This document shows positions 25,301 to 38,285 of a stretch of 48,925 nt of DNA, piece by piece. The stretch is from the NCBI RefSeq assembly GCF_018977255.1, contig NW_024705393.1:1-48925 (forward strand), written 5' to 3'. Position 1 is the first letter of the stretch. Each line of letters opens with the position of its first letter. The notes beneath the pieces are model-generated. The model saw nothing but the letters and a program-made list of their open reading frames with translations. It did not search any database and was not told the DNA's origin. The translations under genes and the position numbers were made by a program. The DNA comes from Callorhinchus milii (Eukaryota).

Positions 25301-26115
25301 TCCACATGGAGCAACTGTTGTTATAATTGCCTGTCGGGGTAAGCACCAATCGTCAGGATTAGAAGCTTTTAATCACAATTTCCGAATTATCGGCTGACTC
25401 TTTTGCATGGCTCTCATATCCCATTGTGGTCGAAAAAGAGCTGAAACCCTTACGAAGTGACGCTGTCAAAAATGGATCAATACTTGGGTTCTCCTTCGGA
25501 GATAGGCGGAACGGGGGTGATGATGAATAACCGCTCCAGACCTGATCTTGTCTCTGACTGAAGTCTTCTTTTAGGCTTAGGACAGACCGACAACAATAGG
25601 GGTGAGAAGGTAAATTCAGCGTCCCCGCCTTGTCAAGAACGATCGGCTTCACTATGTAAGATACGACGGACGCGTTCAGCCCCCATAGGCCTTAGCAGTG
25701 GTAAAGGGGGTTTAAGGAGGTCATCAGCGCGTCGCTCTGTGCTTCACCCTAACTGCTGGCGAATTCCATCTTATTCGTTGAAGACACCGTGCTGTTGCTA
25801 TAACAGCTATTCTCATGATATATGATACCGCCCTCCTTTCGTTGAACGAAAGAAGAGTTGTCTCATCTAACCAACTTTCCTTGTTAAAATCGATAAGATG
25901 ATGGACATGTCATCATAGCGCAAGTATCCTTCCCTACTCGTTCGCCTAATCTGGTAAAAACTTATTCCGCTTGGGCTCGTACCGCTACACTTCGGGACCT
26001 GATCCTCGACATGTTCAGATGGAGTAAGCGCTCGGCGTGATTTTTAGTGTTGCTTCAAGGTTAGGCAGCTGACGTATAAGTACCCGAAGTTGACTTTGGC
26101 AATCTCCTTGGCCTG
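13338..26115. other. 12.8-kb featureless block resembling random or shuffled sequence; no supportable genes
   Basis: About 50% GC by eye, uniform, abundant CG and TA, no repeats or locus elements, longest ORF 143 aa with no recognisable motif. Confidence 0.75.
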
Positions 26116-26576
26116 TGTTTAAAATATGTATATTTATACTTTATATATATTTTACTTAAATCTATTTAACTAGCTGTACTACCCGGCTTCGCCCGGGACT
26201 TGTATCCACCACGGCCGGCCGCCTTTGTATATATTTTACTTAAATCTATTTAATTATAAAACCTTAATATTATACATTCACTCTCTCTCATACGATACGT
26301 ATTATGGTGTTCTACACTCACCAGTTAATTTCGAACACAACACTAAGATACGCGAGACACAGTTGACAGCATGAACGAGAGTGGCGAGATACAACAAGGG
26401 AATAAGCTGGGAGAGGATGCGATGATGCGCAGCCAATCAGCTCACGGGATACTGTACATCCACTCGTGCTCTCATTCGTCGATCTCGCGCCGGGAACCAA
26501 TTACGTGCCTTGTCTGAAAAATCCACGATGCACTGAGGCCGCGAAACTTGAACCGCGAAGTGGCGAGGGATTACTG
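26116..26576. mobile_element. Right part of pogo/Tigger-like MITE (left ~120 bp missing at the junction with the random-like block)
   Basis: Near-identical to 42449-42909; ends CGAGGGATTACTG|TA. Confidence 0.8.
26170..26227 (-). mobile_element. 58-bp Helitron 3'-terminal fragment nested in the MITE (second copy 42503-42560)
   Basis: Minus strand reads CCCGGGCGAAGCCGGG hairpin, 8 nt, CTAG, then T. Confidence 0.7.
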
Positions 26577-26875
26577 TATTCCTTTTGTAGCTAAACAGCC
26601 AAAATTGTGTGCTCGGAGTTTTAGGTTTAACATTCATTTTGAAGATTCGACGGCTTCCTGGCATGTTTATGACCATTCGCCCTCTCATTGTGTGCCAGAA
26701 CAGCCCGTGTGATGAATTTGGGAATCTTTTTCACTATATCATGAATATATGAATAAGTGTCGACTTCTAAGTCATGTGTTACCGTGTAAATATGCATTCC
26801 TCTGTGCATCGATACTGATGTGGATATAACTTTTTTTCTGTCTGCAGCTGTCGCTTCCTCTGCAGACTTGGTCTG

Positions 26876-28138
26876 ATGGAGCAAAGGCACTCGGCGCGGC
26901 TCGGTGCAAAAAGGCAACAATGCGACCGGTGTGCATTCAGCACGGATCGTCCTGAACATTTGACAAGGCACCAGAGAACACACACGGGAGAGAAACCGTT
27001 CAAGTGCACTGTGTGTGGGAAGGCGTTTTCAGATTCATCTGCTCTTATAAAACACCAGAGAACACACACGGGAGATAAACCCTTCAAGTGCAGTGTGTGT
27101 GGGAGGGCGTTTGCACAGTCATCTGCTCTTGTAATACACCAGAGAACACACACGGGAGAGAAACCCTTCAGGTGCAGTGTGTGTGGGAAGGCGTTTGCAC
27201 ATTTATATACTCTTATAACGCACCAGAGAACTCACACGGGAGAGAAACCCTTTAAGTGCAGTGTGTGTGGGAAGGCGTTTTTACAGTCAGCTAATCTTGT
27301 AGCACACCAGAGAACACACACGGGAGAGAAACCCTTTAAGTGCAGTGTGTGTGGGAAGGCGTTTTCACAGTCAGCTAATCTTGTAGCACACCAGAGAACA
27401 CACATGGGAGAGAAACCCTTCAAGTGCAGTTTATGCGGGAAGGCGTTTGCACAGTCATCTGCTCTTGAAAGACACCAGAGAACACACACAGGAGAGAAAC
27501 CCTTCAAGTGCAGTGTGTGTGGGAAGGCATTTGCATGTTCATCAGATCGTCATTTACACCAGAGAACTCACACGGGAGAGAAACCCTTTAAGTGCAGTGT
27601 GTGTGGGAAGGCGTTTTCACAGTCAGCTAATCTTGTAGCACACCAGAGAACACACACTGGAGAGAAACCCTTTAAGTGCAGTGTGTGTGGGAAGGCGTTT
27701 TCACAGTCAGCTAATCTTGTAGCACACCAGAGAACACACATGGGAGAGAAACCCTTCAAGTGCAGTTTATGCAGGAAGGCGTTTGCACAGTCATCTGCTC
27801 TTGAAAGACACCAGAGAACACACACAGGAGAGAAACCCTTCAAGTGCAGTGTGTGTGGAAGGCGTTTGCATGTTCATCAGATCGTCATTTACACCAGAGA
27901 ACACAGACGGGAGAGAAACCTTCAAGTGCAGTGTGAGTGGGAAGGTGTTTGCACAGTCATCTGCTCTTGAAAGACACCAGAGAACACAGAAGCATCAGAA
28001 GATCCACAAGGAGTGGAGTGAAATCAGCTTGTGAAAGTCAAAGTGCCGCAATGATCTCATCCCTCATCAAACAAGAACCGGAAGAAATCCCAGCTTGGAC
28101 ACTTTTAAAGGTGTCAAGGTGAAATATGAAGAGGTGAA
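26876..28138 (+). pseudogene. ZNF copy 2: 13 fingers, several 1-2 bp deletions from ~27858 on, tail truncated by a ~1.17-kb deletion
   Basis: Near-identical to 43209-44475; jumps at GAA (28136-28138) to sequence equivalent to 45640. Small frameshifts may be assembly errors. Confidence 0.75.
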
Positions 28139-28810
28139 TTATAATTTTGTCTTACGTGTTGACGTAGATTTTGTCTAACTAGGACGAGAAATACTCCTTG
28201 CTGATTAACGTCTGGATATTCGTAATTATCAGTTGAAGCAACCCGGCTGCTCTTGAGACGCTGTGCACCAATACGGATCCACAGGTGGCTTGCACTGAAT
28301 CAATGACGGACTCCCAGAAGGCTGTGCTAGTTATAGTTTGTGTAAAATATTCCTCTGTTTCATGGAAGATCGATAAATGAAAGATGTGTCTGCTGATCTG
28401 CTTCATAGCAAGGAGGTAATTTTAAGAGCACATTTGAAATGCATTTTTGGTACAGATTTGTATTCGGTTACAAGGCAGAGCACATCTAGTAGATACATTC
28501 TGCACAACATCACTCATTTGAAATTTGCATGACGTCTTATATGTTGGCGAACTAGGACAAGAAATGGTCCTTGCCGATTAACGTCTGGATGTTCACAACC
28601 ATGTGGTTGAAGCAAGCCTGACCGCCTGCGGCGTCCCTCACAACCATTTATGGCCTTGGGCCAGGAAAGTCACGAAGAAAATTGCGCACGAACGACGCAT
28701 TCACGCAAGCTCCCGATGCTCCGTTTTGAAGTTTTAAAATGAAACAACTTTGAATTGTATTATGTTTTGCATTTGATACTTGTATTTCTTCATTAAAAGC
28801 TGATATCATT

Positions 28811-29140
28811 TTTCATCTGGAAGACTTCATTGAAAATGACATTTCGTGTGAATTTTCTCTCGTCGTTAAGTAGATGGCCTTACCGGGTTCGGTTCGATGC
28901 GGACTTTCACCTGGTTGGGATCGCGGGGTGGAGATAAGGTGACACAGAGCTGGCCGTGCCAGAAGACCGCCGTCTTCAGATCGATTCCAACGCGATCGAA
29001 CGTCTGTCCCCGCTCCTCCGTCGTTCATGTAGGGGGCGCGTAGGTTTGCAGCGCCTCCTGCATAAAAACGACGGAAAGTGCAGCGTTCACCACAGATGAA
29101 GTTGTGTGCTTATATAAGAGTACTCGCGGGAAGTACCCGG
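28811..29140 (-). mobile_element. Helitron helicase C-terminal remnant
   Basis: RGQTFDRVGIDL..VFWHGQLCV on the reverse strand; paralogue of 6492-6717 without the LTR. Confidence 0.8.
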
Positions 29141-30400
29141 CTGGAATTTCCCACCTTTTATCGTAATCTATAGGATACTAAGGCTAAGCACACCCGAGGA
29201 TTGCACTTTTGTTGAAAAATGAAGTTGCAAATATTTGTCCATTATTGGCCAAAAACGGCATAGGTTAGTATGCCGATTTTATATATTGGGACGTGCACAT
29301 TTCATCATAAAATGTTCCACTTTTAATCTAATACATAGCATACTAAGGGTAAATACAATTGATGAATGAACTTTTTGTTGAAAAAGAAAGCTATGAAAAT
29401 TTGGCTTATTTTGGTTAAAACGTAAGTAAGTATCCCCGATTTTATTTTTGGTTAAACGGCATAAGTATCCCCGATTTTATTTTTGGGGCGTGAAAATTTA
29501 ATCGTGAAATTTCCCACTTTTAAAGTAATATAGAGCATACAAATGCTTCACAAAATGGAGGAATTCACTTTATTGGAAAATCTAGCTATGAAAATTGAGC
29601 AAATTTTGGCCAAGAACAGCATTGGTAAAGTATGCCGATTTGATGTTTTTACTTAAAATTTCATGGTCAAATTTCCACTTTTAATGTAATATATAGGCTA
29701 CTCAGGCTCAACACAACCGAGGAATGCACTTTTTTAAAAAATACAGCTGTAAAAATTCGTTCAATTTTAGCCAAAAACGGCAGAGGTTTAGTATGTCGAT
29801 TTTTGTTTGGGACGTGAACATTTCATCGTGAAATTTTCCAATTTAATCTAATACATAGCATACTAAGGCTAAATACAATGGAGCAATGAACCTTTGTCGA
29901 CAAATAAGGCTGTGAAAGTTGGCCAATTTTGGCCGATTTTATTTTTTACTTTAAAATTTCATGGTGAAATTTACCACTTTTTTTACGTAATATATAGAAT
30001 ACTAAGGCTAAGCACACCCGAGGATTTACTTTTGTTGAAAAATGAAGCTGTAAAAATGGCCATTATTGGCCAAAAACGGCATTTTTAATCTAACACATGG
30101 CATACTAAGGGTAAATACAATAGAGGAATTAACTTTCGTCCTAAAATAAAGCTGTCAAAAGTTGGCTTATTGAGCCTAAAAACGGCACAGTATGCCGATT
30201 AACTTTTTTATTCGAAAATTTCATGCATGAAATTCCCCCTTTTTAACGTTATATATAGGCTACTCAGGCTAAACACAACCAAGGAATGCACTTTTCGTTG
30301 AAAAATAAAGCTAGAAAATTGATCGATTTTGCCAAAAAACGGCCTAGGTTAGTATGGCGATTTTCCTTTCATGGATGTGAAAATGTCATCGTGAAATGTC
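29141..30400. repeat. ~160-bp satellite array, third block
   Basis: Same monomers as 237-2020. Confidence 0.9.
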
Positions 30401-30641
30401 GCCAGCGGTGTGCTGGAGAGCCAAGCCACGACATCTACAAAGTGCTGCTCATAGCGAGTAGCAGCACCGGTGGAGGTCGTCACGGCACACACAGAGGGGG
30501 TGGGTGGCCAGCTCCACGCCCGGCCGCCTTTGTCTCCCCAGTGCTGGCGATGTTGACACACCGCACCGGGGACTCGTTTGAGGCCGTATCGACAACGCCG
30601 CTCCCCTTCTGTCAACAAACTTGAACTCTAACCCCGCTCTC

Positions 30642-30782
30642 TGACGTCACCGCTCAGCGTGACCTCATCGGCATCAAACGCCAGGGGGAGGTGTACATCG
30701 CAAGTGACGTCATGTCACCTGCTGCCGCGTGACGTCACTAGGGACCAGAAGTTGCCGCTCCGCCCGTGAACTGAAATCCGAG
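30642..30782 (+). promoter_or_regulatory. CRE-rich promoter and first exon, unit 3
   Basis: TGACGTCA at 30642, 30705, 30730; donor CCGAG|GTGAGA. Confidence 0.6.
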
Positions 30783-30800
30783 GTGAGAAATTATCATCGC

Positions 30801-31866
30801 GGTTGTGGTGGTGGTTGTGGTTGTGGTGGTTGTGGTGCTTGTGGTGGGTGGTGCTTGTGGTGGTGGTGGTGCTTGTGGTGGTGGTGCTGCTTGTGGTGGT
30901 GGTGCTGCTTGTGGTGGTGGTGGTGCTTGTGGTGGGGTGGTGCTTGTGGTGGTGGTGGTGCTTGTGGTGGTGTGGTGCTTGTGGTGGTGGTGGTGCTGCT
31001 TGTGGTGGTGGTGCTGCTTGTGGTGGTGGTGCTGCTTGTGGTGGTGGTGCTGCTTGTGGTGGTGGTGCTGCTTGTGCTGCTTGTGGTGCTTGTGGTGCTG
31101 CTTGTGCTGCTTGTGGTGCTGCTTGTGGTGCTGCTTGTGGTGCTGCTTGTGGTGCTGCTTGTGGTGCTGCTTGTGGTGCTGCTTGTGGTGCTTGTGGTGC
31201 TGCTTGTGGTGCTTGTGGTGCTGCTTGTGGTGCTTGTGGTGCTGCTTGTGGTGCTTGTGGTGCTGCTTGTGGTGCTTGTGGTGCTGCTTGTGGTGCTTGT
31301 GGTGCTGCTTGTGGTGCTTGTGGTGCTGCTTGTGGTGCTTGTGGTGCTGCTTTGGTGCTTGTGGTGCTGCTTGTGGTGCTTGTGGTGCTGCTTGTGGTGC
31401 TTGTGGTGCTGCTTGTGGTGCTTGTGGTGCTGCTTGTGGTGCTTGTGGTGCTGCTTGTGGTGCTTGTGGTGCTGCTTGTGGTGCTTGTGGTGCTGCTTGT
31501 GGTGCTTGTGGTGCTGCTTGTGGTGCTTGTGGTGTGCTTGTGTGCTGCTTGTGGTGCTGCTTGTGTGCTGCTTGTGGTGCTGCTTGTGGTGCTGCTTGTG
31601 GTGCTGCTTGTGGTGCTGCTTGTGTGGTGCTGCTTGTGGTGCTGCTTGTGGTGCTGCTTGTGGTGCTGCTTGTGGTGCTGCTTGTGGTGCTGCTTGTGGT
31701 GCTGCTTGGTGCTTGTGGTGCTGCTTGTGGTGCTGCTTGTGGTGCTTGTGGTGCTTGTGGTGCTGCTTGTGTGCTGCTTGTGGTGGTGCTTGTGGTGGTG
31801 CTTGTGGTGGTGCTTGTGTGGTGCTTGTGTGGTGCTTGTGGTGGTGCTTGTTGTTGTGGTTGGTGT
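30801..31866. repeat. Expanded GTGGTGCTT / GTGGTGCTGCTT (9/12-mer) simple repeat in intron 1
   Basis: Directly visible; same position as the GGT repeat of unit 1. Confidence 0.95.
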
Positions 31867-32216
31867 GTACCGAGGTAGAGCCTCGCTCTCTCTACGGGAT
31901 GTCAATTGAGTAGCAGCGAGCATGGAAGCGATGTCCAGGTTGGAACTTTACAACGCGGGGCCTTGCCTCCTGCCCTCGCCTGATCGCGTTTGCTTCAATT
32001 CTGTCGCTTAGATTTGTGTTTTTTGTTTGCGTTCCGACTGCAGGTATTGTGGTCTATGCAAACATGACTCCTCGTAAAAAAGGTGTCAGTTTTCTTGCGA
32101 GATAGAAGAATAAAAAAACAATTATATCTCGCTTAAGTTGAATTTATCTTCACCCGGCTCCCCACTTTGTAACTTTGTTTTACTTTAAATATTAACACAG
32201 TTTTTATTTTTACCAG

Positions 32217-32280
32217 GCCAAGCCCGCTTGAGCTGCTGTACCGCTCTTGTTTTCAGAAGCGACCTGCCCACAACAACAAG
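32217..32280 (+). other. Putative short 5'-UTR exon, unit 3
   Basis: TACCAG| and AAG|GTGAGG boundaries. Confidence 0.55.
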
Positions 32281-32296
32281 GTGAGGCTCGTCAACA

Positions 32297-32408
32297 GCGT
32301 GGCGGTGTTCACTCTGGACGCGTGGCAGTGTTCACTCTGGACGCGTGGTGGTGTTTACTCTGGACGCGTGGCGGTGTTCACTCTGGACGCGTGGCGGTGT
32401 TCACTCTC
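32297..32408. repeat. 23-bp minisatellite, ~5 copies
   Basis: Same unit as 3284. Confidence 0.95.
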
Positions 32409-33311
32409 TGCATGTGGAGTGGGGACAACCGGGGGATCCGGAGGGAAATCACGCGACCACAGGAAGAGAGAAAGACACACAAACTAAATATACAGCAGGC
32501 GTCAGGATTTGGATGAACCCACGACTTTCTGTATGCCAGGAGAGGTAGTTAACATCTCACCACGGGGAGCGAGAGAGACACGCAGCCTCGGCGGTGTTGA
32601 TTAATCCTCATTGAATTACTTTGTGGAGTCAGGAAGCATTAATAGTGAGTGGATGAAGGTGGTTAGGCATGGGTCTGGACACACCTCTTAACCATGCCAG
32701 TGTGTAACAGTGTAAAGTTTGTGTTTGCAGTAAAGTCTATTAACTCTATTGAACACGGAGGTTATATCACAACAATAGTTTGTTTTTGTTTTCCTCTGGA
32801 ACTTTATAAGAATGGAAACAGTCAAGAAGTTAACACAGCACACATGCAGCTGAAGTCAGATCTGTTCATTTCAGCGTGCAAGAACATCGTGAGCCTGGCT
32901 GGCTTCACACCTATAAGTTGCGATTGAACATTAATATTATGCATTTTTGCATAACACAAATAGTATCATTTTCAACACCTTTTGCTATGTCAGCTAAATT
33001 TAGCTTTCATAAATATTCCTTTTGTAGCTAGACAGCCAAAATTGTGTGCTCGGAGTTTTGGGTTAACATTCATTTTGAAGATTCGAGTGCTTCCAGGCAT
33101 GTTTATGACCATTCGCCCTCTCATTGTGTGCCAGAACAGCCCATGTGATGAATTTGGGAAACTTTTCCACTATATTATGAATATATGAATAAGTGTCGAC
33201 TTATAAGTCATGTGTTACTGTGTAAATATGCATTCCTCTGTGCATTGATACTGACGTGGATATAACTTTTTTTCTGTCTGCAGCTGTCGCTTCCTTTGTC
33301 GAATTTGTCTG

Positions 33312-34221
33312 ATGGAGCAAAGGCACTCGGCGCGGCTCGGTGCAAAAAGGCATCAATGCGACCGGTGTGCATACAGCACGGATTATATTAGACATTTGAC
33401 ACAGCACCAGAGAACTCACACAGGAGAGAAACCCTTCAAGTGCAGTGTGTGTGGGAAGGCGTTTTCAGATTCATCTGCTCTTGTAATACACCAGAAAACA
33501 CACACGGGAGAGAAACCCTTCAAGTGCAGTGTGTGTGGGAAGGCGTTTGCATGTTCATCTACTCTTGTAAACACCAGAGAACACACACGGGAGAGAAACC
33601 CTTCAAGTGCAGTGTGTGTGGGAGGGAGTTTGCACGTTCATCTACTCTTGTAATACACCAGAGAACACACACGGGAGAGAAACCCTTCAGGTGCACTCTG
33701 TGCGGGACGGCATTTGCACGTAAACAAAATCTTCAAGTACACCAGAGAACACACACGGGAGAGAAACCCTCAAGTGCAGTGTGTGCGGGAAGGTGTTTGC
33801 ACAGTCATCAAATCTTCAAAGACACCAGAGAACACACAAGCATCAGAAGATCCACAAGGAGTGGAGTCTGAAATCAGCTTGCGAAAGTCAAAGTGCCGCA
33901 ATGAGCCCATCCCTCATCAAACAAGAACCGGAAGACAATTTCGGCTTGGACGATTTTAAAGGTATCGAGGTGAAACATGAAGAGGTGCAGGTGAAATGTG
34001 AAGAAGTGATGGTGAAGAGCGAAGAAGTGAAAGTAAAATGTGAAGATGAAGATTCAACTCCAAAATCGGACCTTCACATCGATGGAGGCAACGTGAAGCA
34101 GGAGGAGAATTCTGACTGTGAGGCAGAGCGAGGCAACTCCCAGCAGTTTGTGGAAGTGGAGGTGTGGGTGGACTTCCTCCGAGAAAATACAAAGTCAAAT
34201 GGAGACCCGGTAGATGCGTAA
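33312..34221 (+). pseudogene. ZNF copy 3: 6 fingers plus full tail, two 1-bp frameshifts (~33570, ~33770); gene or pseudogene
   Basis: ORFs 33312-33653, 33440-33871 and 33781-34221 join into one collinear paralogue; both deletions shorten short homopolymers. Confidence 0.7.
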
Positions 34222-35361
34222 GCTTGAGACGATGTCGCTCCAATCGATGCACCTTTGTCACAGGCCTTTAATGACAAGAATGTGAAGTTGAACACTCAGT
34301 TCCTAGGTTCAACCTGCAGGGTAAGAGCAGCCAGTTCTTGTAAACCTGTGTGTTGGGTAGATCTCTAACCAGGAGCGGGAGCCAATAAGCTCCCCAGCAT
34401 TCACTATGTTATCAATTGTATTTATATGGTGCTTGCTTAATCGCCCCGGCAATTCGGAGTTTTGTATCGTATCTCGTCTCAACCACTCGAAGAGCATCCC
34501 CAAGTAGCAGCTGCCCCTGTGTGGCACAAGGTGGTGGCCCTGCACCGGCCTACATGTGGACAAGAGCCTGTCAGTAGGGGGCGATGGTTGATGTGGCATC
34601 TCAGTTGTGGAGTTTGTAATGTTTAGAATTTGATCAATTTTGACCCAGACGCCAGCATGCAATGGCCGACTCGTTTTGAATGACACAATAGTATGTTGTA
34701 CATACACTGTTAAGCAGACGGTGGTATCATTTAAAATAGCTACTTGTTAATATGATGTAACCTGATGCAGCATATTTCAGTGCAGTAATTCAATTTTGTT
34801 AAAATGACTCAATAAGTTAGAATGATTACTTGTCTGATGGTGTGCGTACATGTAACATTTTGTCTATAAGGGTCAAACATTGAATAAGTCATGTTAGGAC
34901 ACAGTGTGTGTTTTGAAGTAACCTGTACAGGATCACTCAGGTGAGACTCCTTCGTGTGATACAGGTCAAAGGGTATTTTTGTGTTTTCAGGACGCATCTC
35001 CCTCTGGAGCAACTCATTGTCTTTGAAATAGGGAGCACACTTGGATCATTCATCTGTTACAAGGAATACCACTCAAAAGTTACACGTAGAGGAGATACAT
35101 TCTCTACAACACGAATTATAATTTTGTATTACGTGTTGACGTAGATTTTGTCGAATTAGGACGAGAAATGGTCCTTGCCGATTAAAGTCTGGATGTTCAC
35201 AACCATGGGTTGAAGCAAGCCTGACCGCCTGCGGTGCCCCTCACAACCATTTACGGCCTTGGGCCAGGAAAGTCACAAAAAAAATAGCACACGAACGACG
35301 CATCCGCGCAAGCACCCGATGCTCCGTTTTGAAGTTTGAAAATGAAACAACTTTGAATTAT

Positions 35362-35645
35362 TCATTGAAAACGACATTTCGTGTGAATTTTCTCTCGTCG
35401 TTAAGTAGATGGCCTTGCCGGGGATTCATTCGATGCGGACTTTCACCTGGTTGGGATCGCGGGATTGAGATGAGGCGACACAGAGCTGGCCGTGCGAGAA
35501 GACCGCCGTCTGCAGATCAATTCCAACGTGATCGAACGTCTGTCCCTGCGCCTCCGTCGTTCATGCAGGGGGCGCGTAGGTTTACAGCGCCCCCTGCATG
35601 AAAACGACAGAAAGTGCAGCGTTCATCACAGTTAAAGTAGTGTGC
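35362..35645 (-). mobile_element. Helitron helicase C-terminal remnant
   Basis: Reverse strand AQGQTFDHVGIDLQTAVFSHGQLCVA; paralogue of 28811-29140. Confidence 0.8.
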
Positions 35646-37144
35646 TTATATATAAATTCATTTTTTGTCTGTCTGTGTGTTCACGCGCTTGCGAGGGATT
35701 TGTCTCTCTAACAGTGGGGTTTACGAAAAAAATTTGCCCGGTACCACGCCGGAAGCCCTGCGGTTGGCAAGCACTATTCGTTTTTCACATCCGTCACCAT
35801 TAAATTAGTTTAATTAGCGATTTTGTGCGATATTTCTTTATTTATGTAGTTTTGTCGCACGATGCGGGACAAAGCACGCAATTGCACCCCTAGCAACGCA
35901 CACACGATCGATAAAAAAATCTCATTCGCGTTAACAATGCTTAAAAAATATATACAACGCTGAGGTTCATTCTTCAAAGTCTTATGTCCCCCCCACCCCA
36001 ATGCGTGCAGTTACTGCTATAAAGTCCGTATATATTAATATTAGAGCGCTTAGATGGCATTGTTGCAGCGCGGGTGGGGAGAGCGGCCCAGCCCCCAGCC
36101 TGGCAATGTGTCACCTCCTCCGGCTTGGCAATCTAGGCGAGGCCGCGGGCTCTGCATGGGACTAGGCCTCACCACGGCAATGTGAAGTAGAATTTTATTT
36201 AATCTTTCGCTAAGAACTCAAGTTTATTGTTTACTATTATGAAACAAATAAGTTGGCAAATATTACAATAAAAATGTTTGTGTGTAGAAAACTAATATTG
36301 CACTATTTGGTTGCTAAATATGTTCTTGTTTAGCTGTGTTTCTATGAAGCTGAGACGGTGTACTGCCAGTCCGTGCTGTTACCTGCTGCCTGCTCATTAA
36401 TTAACGTCGGTGCACTGGCACCATTCTGGCGAATTGCCCGATGATGCGAAACGTCGTACTCAAATTGTAAATGTTGTGAATTCACTCTTCAACACACCGG
36501 TGGTCTAAAGTAGGGAACTTTTTGTCTTTGTCAACGTGACAGTTTTTTGCTGATTGGCCGTGTCGGGTGGTGGAGGATTACGACACATAAATAATAACGC
36601 GATCTAACCCAAAAATGTTTGTAATAAATAATATTGGTCGCGAAAGCCTACATGTTAAATTATTATCTACACTGCTAATTTTGCTTTTGGGCATTGAGTG
36701 TATGCCAGTCTATAATCTGTTGCCTGCTTCTTTACCTCACTCGGTGTACTGCCAGCCTTTCATGTTGACTGTATCCTGCTTTATCAGCTGCTGACCATAT
36801 TGCCAGCCTTTCATGTCGACTGTAGCAATGCTTGTGTCATTGAGTCGGCGTACTGGCAGTCTATAATCTAGACTGTAGCCTACTTCTCAACTTACCTATG
36901 CGTACTGCTGCTCTTTAATGTAAGCTTATTTCATCTTATTTCTTCAATGCATTTCTATTGTTTCGATTGCACACGTCACGCTATTTACTGATACGTAGTA
37001 CTGCGATGCCGATTAATATGTTATACTGCTAAATACGTTGGATTTTCTTAGCTACAGCCCATTGCATTTCGTCTATCGTTTTGTTACATTCGTGGGAACA
37101 TCACCCATTTAAATTTTGTCGTACCACACCTTTACTTTCCACCA

Positions 37145-38285
37145 AAGCGGGGAGCACGCAGGGAGGTTCAATGCCCCAAATATTGTTGACCTTGCTTTCT
37201 TACGGTGGGTGAGGAACATTGTGAGAGAGACATTGTTCTTCCATACCAAGAAAACACCATCGCACAATTTCTTGACACTAACAGAGCATACAATGCCCTA
37301 CAATAACACATTTTCTTGTCGCAAGGCCAAGATGGGTACCACGTCAAGATTCCTCCAATTACAAATTTGCAGGACAAAGACATCCTTACGAAACTGTCTC
37401 GTCTAAAAAACTTCTATTCCTTCGTGATCATGGACAGAGGAGGACACCACATTGTGGTGCGCCAACCTCTTTCACCAATATGTTGTCGATGAGTATGCCA
37501 ACATTGAGAGTGAGCGCCTTTTACATTCTACTGAATCAAAACCGCCTGTGTGTGAACCGTATGCTCATCTCTGGGACGCCATCAATTCCGAAGGAGATGC
37601 AAACTGTTACAATGTGGGCTGATTAGTTGTTTTGCCTTCATCCTTCACAGCTCCACCAAGATACATGCATGAGAAAACTCGGGATGCCATGACGTACATC
37701 AGCCAATATGCCACTCCCCATCTCTTCATCACATTCACTTGCAATCCCAAATGAAAGGAGATCCAGGTTTACCTTCATCCAATCCAAAAGCCACCAGACA
37801 GACATGACATCTTAGTGAGGGTCTAAAACTCAAAGTTTATGACCTCATGATGCTTATTATGACCAACGAAGGCGGCGTGTTTGGATAGACAAGCAGTAAC
37901 TTGCACACCGTTGGGTGGCTAAAACGTCGTCCACCTCGTGCTCACATTTCGCTATGGATGAGGGAAACAATTCATGCAAGTCACATTGACACATTAATCA
38001 GTGCTAAGCTATCTCACCCCCATCCAGACCCTGCTTTTTTTTCTGTGCGGTCTGCAACCAAATGGTCCATGGCCCATGTGCCCAGTTCTAGCCAAATGCG
38101 CCATGTATGCAAGACCACAGGTGTACCAAAAGGTATCCACGGAACTACTTGCAAGACACTCAGTGATGGCTATCCTCGATATCGTCACAGAAATACTAAG
38201 CATGGTGGATTTCAAACAATGCTCAGACCTGCCACTAACTCGCTAATGAAGGTTCACAACCGGTGGATCGTTCCCTACTGCCCTG
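37145..38285 (+). mobile_element. Helitron Rep (HUH endonuclease) pseudogene; element may start near 35646
   Basis: Ordered motifs GEHAGRFNAP, HQYVVDEYANIESERL, VVLPSSFTAPPRYMHE..DAMTYI..PHLFITFTCNPK*, GWLKRRPPRAHISLW (decayed EWQKRGLPHAH), DGYPRYRHR, NRWIVPYCP, with stops and frameshifts. TATATATAAA..TGTCTGTCTGT at ~35647 resembles a Helitron 5' end. Confidence 0.9.

Noticed and set aside
13354..25652. Short ORFs in the central block as a novel operon, phage or virus
   Set aside because: All 143 aa or shorter, overlapping on both strands, no motifs or operon-like packing; consistent with chance.
28548..28575. ACTAGGAC..GTCC as the 3' terminus of the unit-associated Helitron
   Set aside because: Hairpin abuts the CTAG instead of lying ~10 nt inside, CTAG is not kept in units 1 and 3, and homology between units continues past it.
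36438..36456. CCGATGATGCGAAACGTC as a fifth hammerhead
   Set aside because: Core is CCGAUGA rather than CUGAUGA and there is no stem II; at most a dead remnant.
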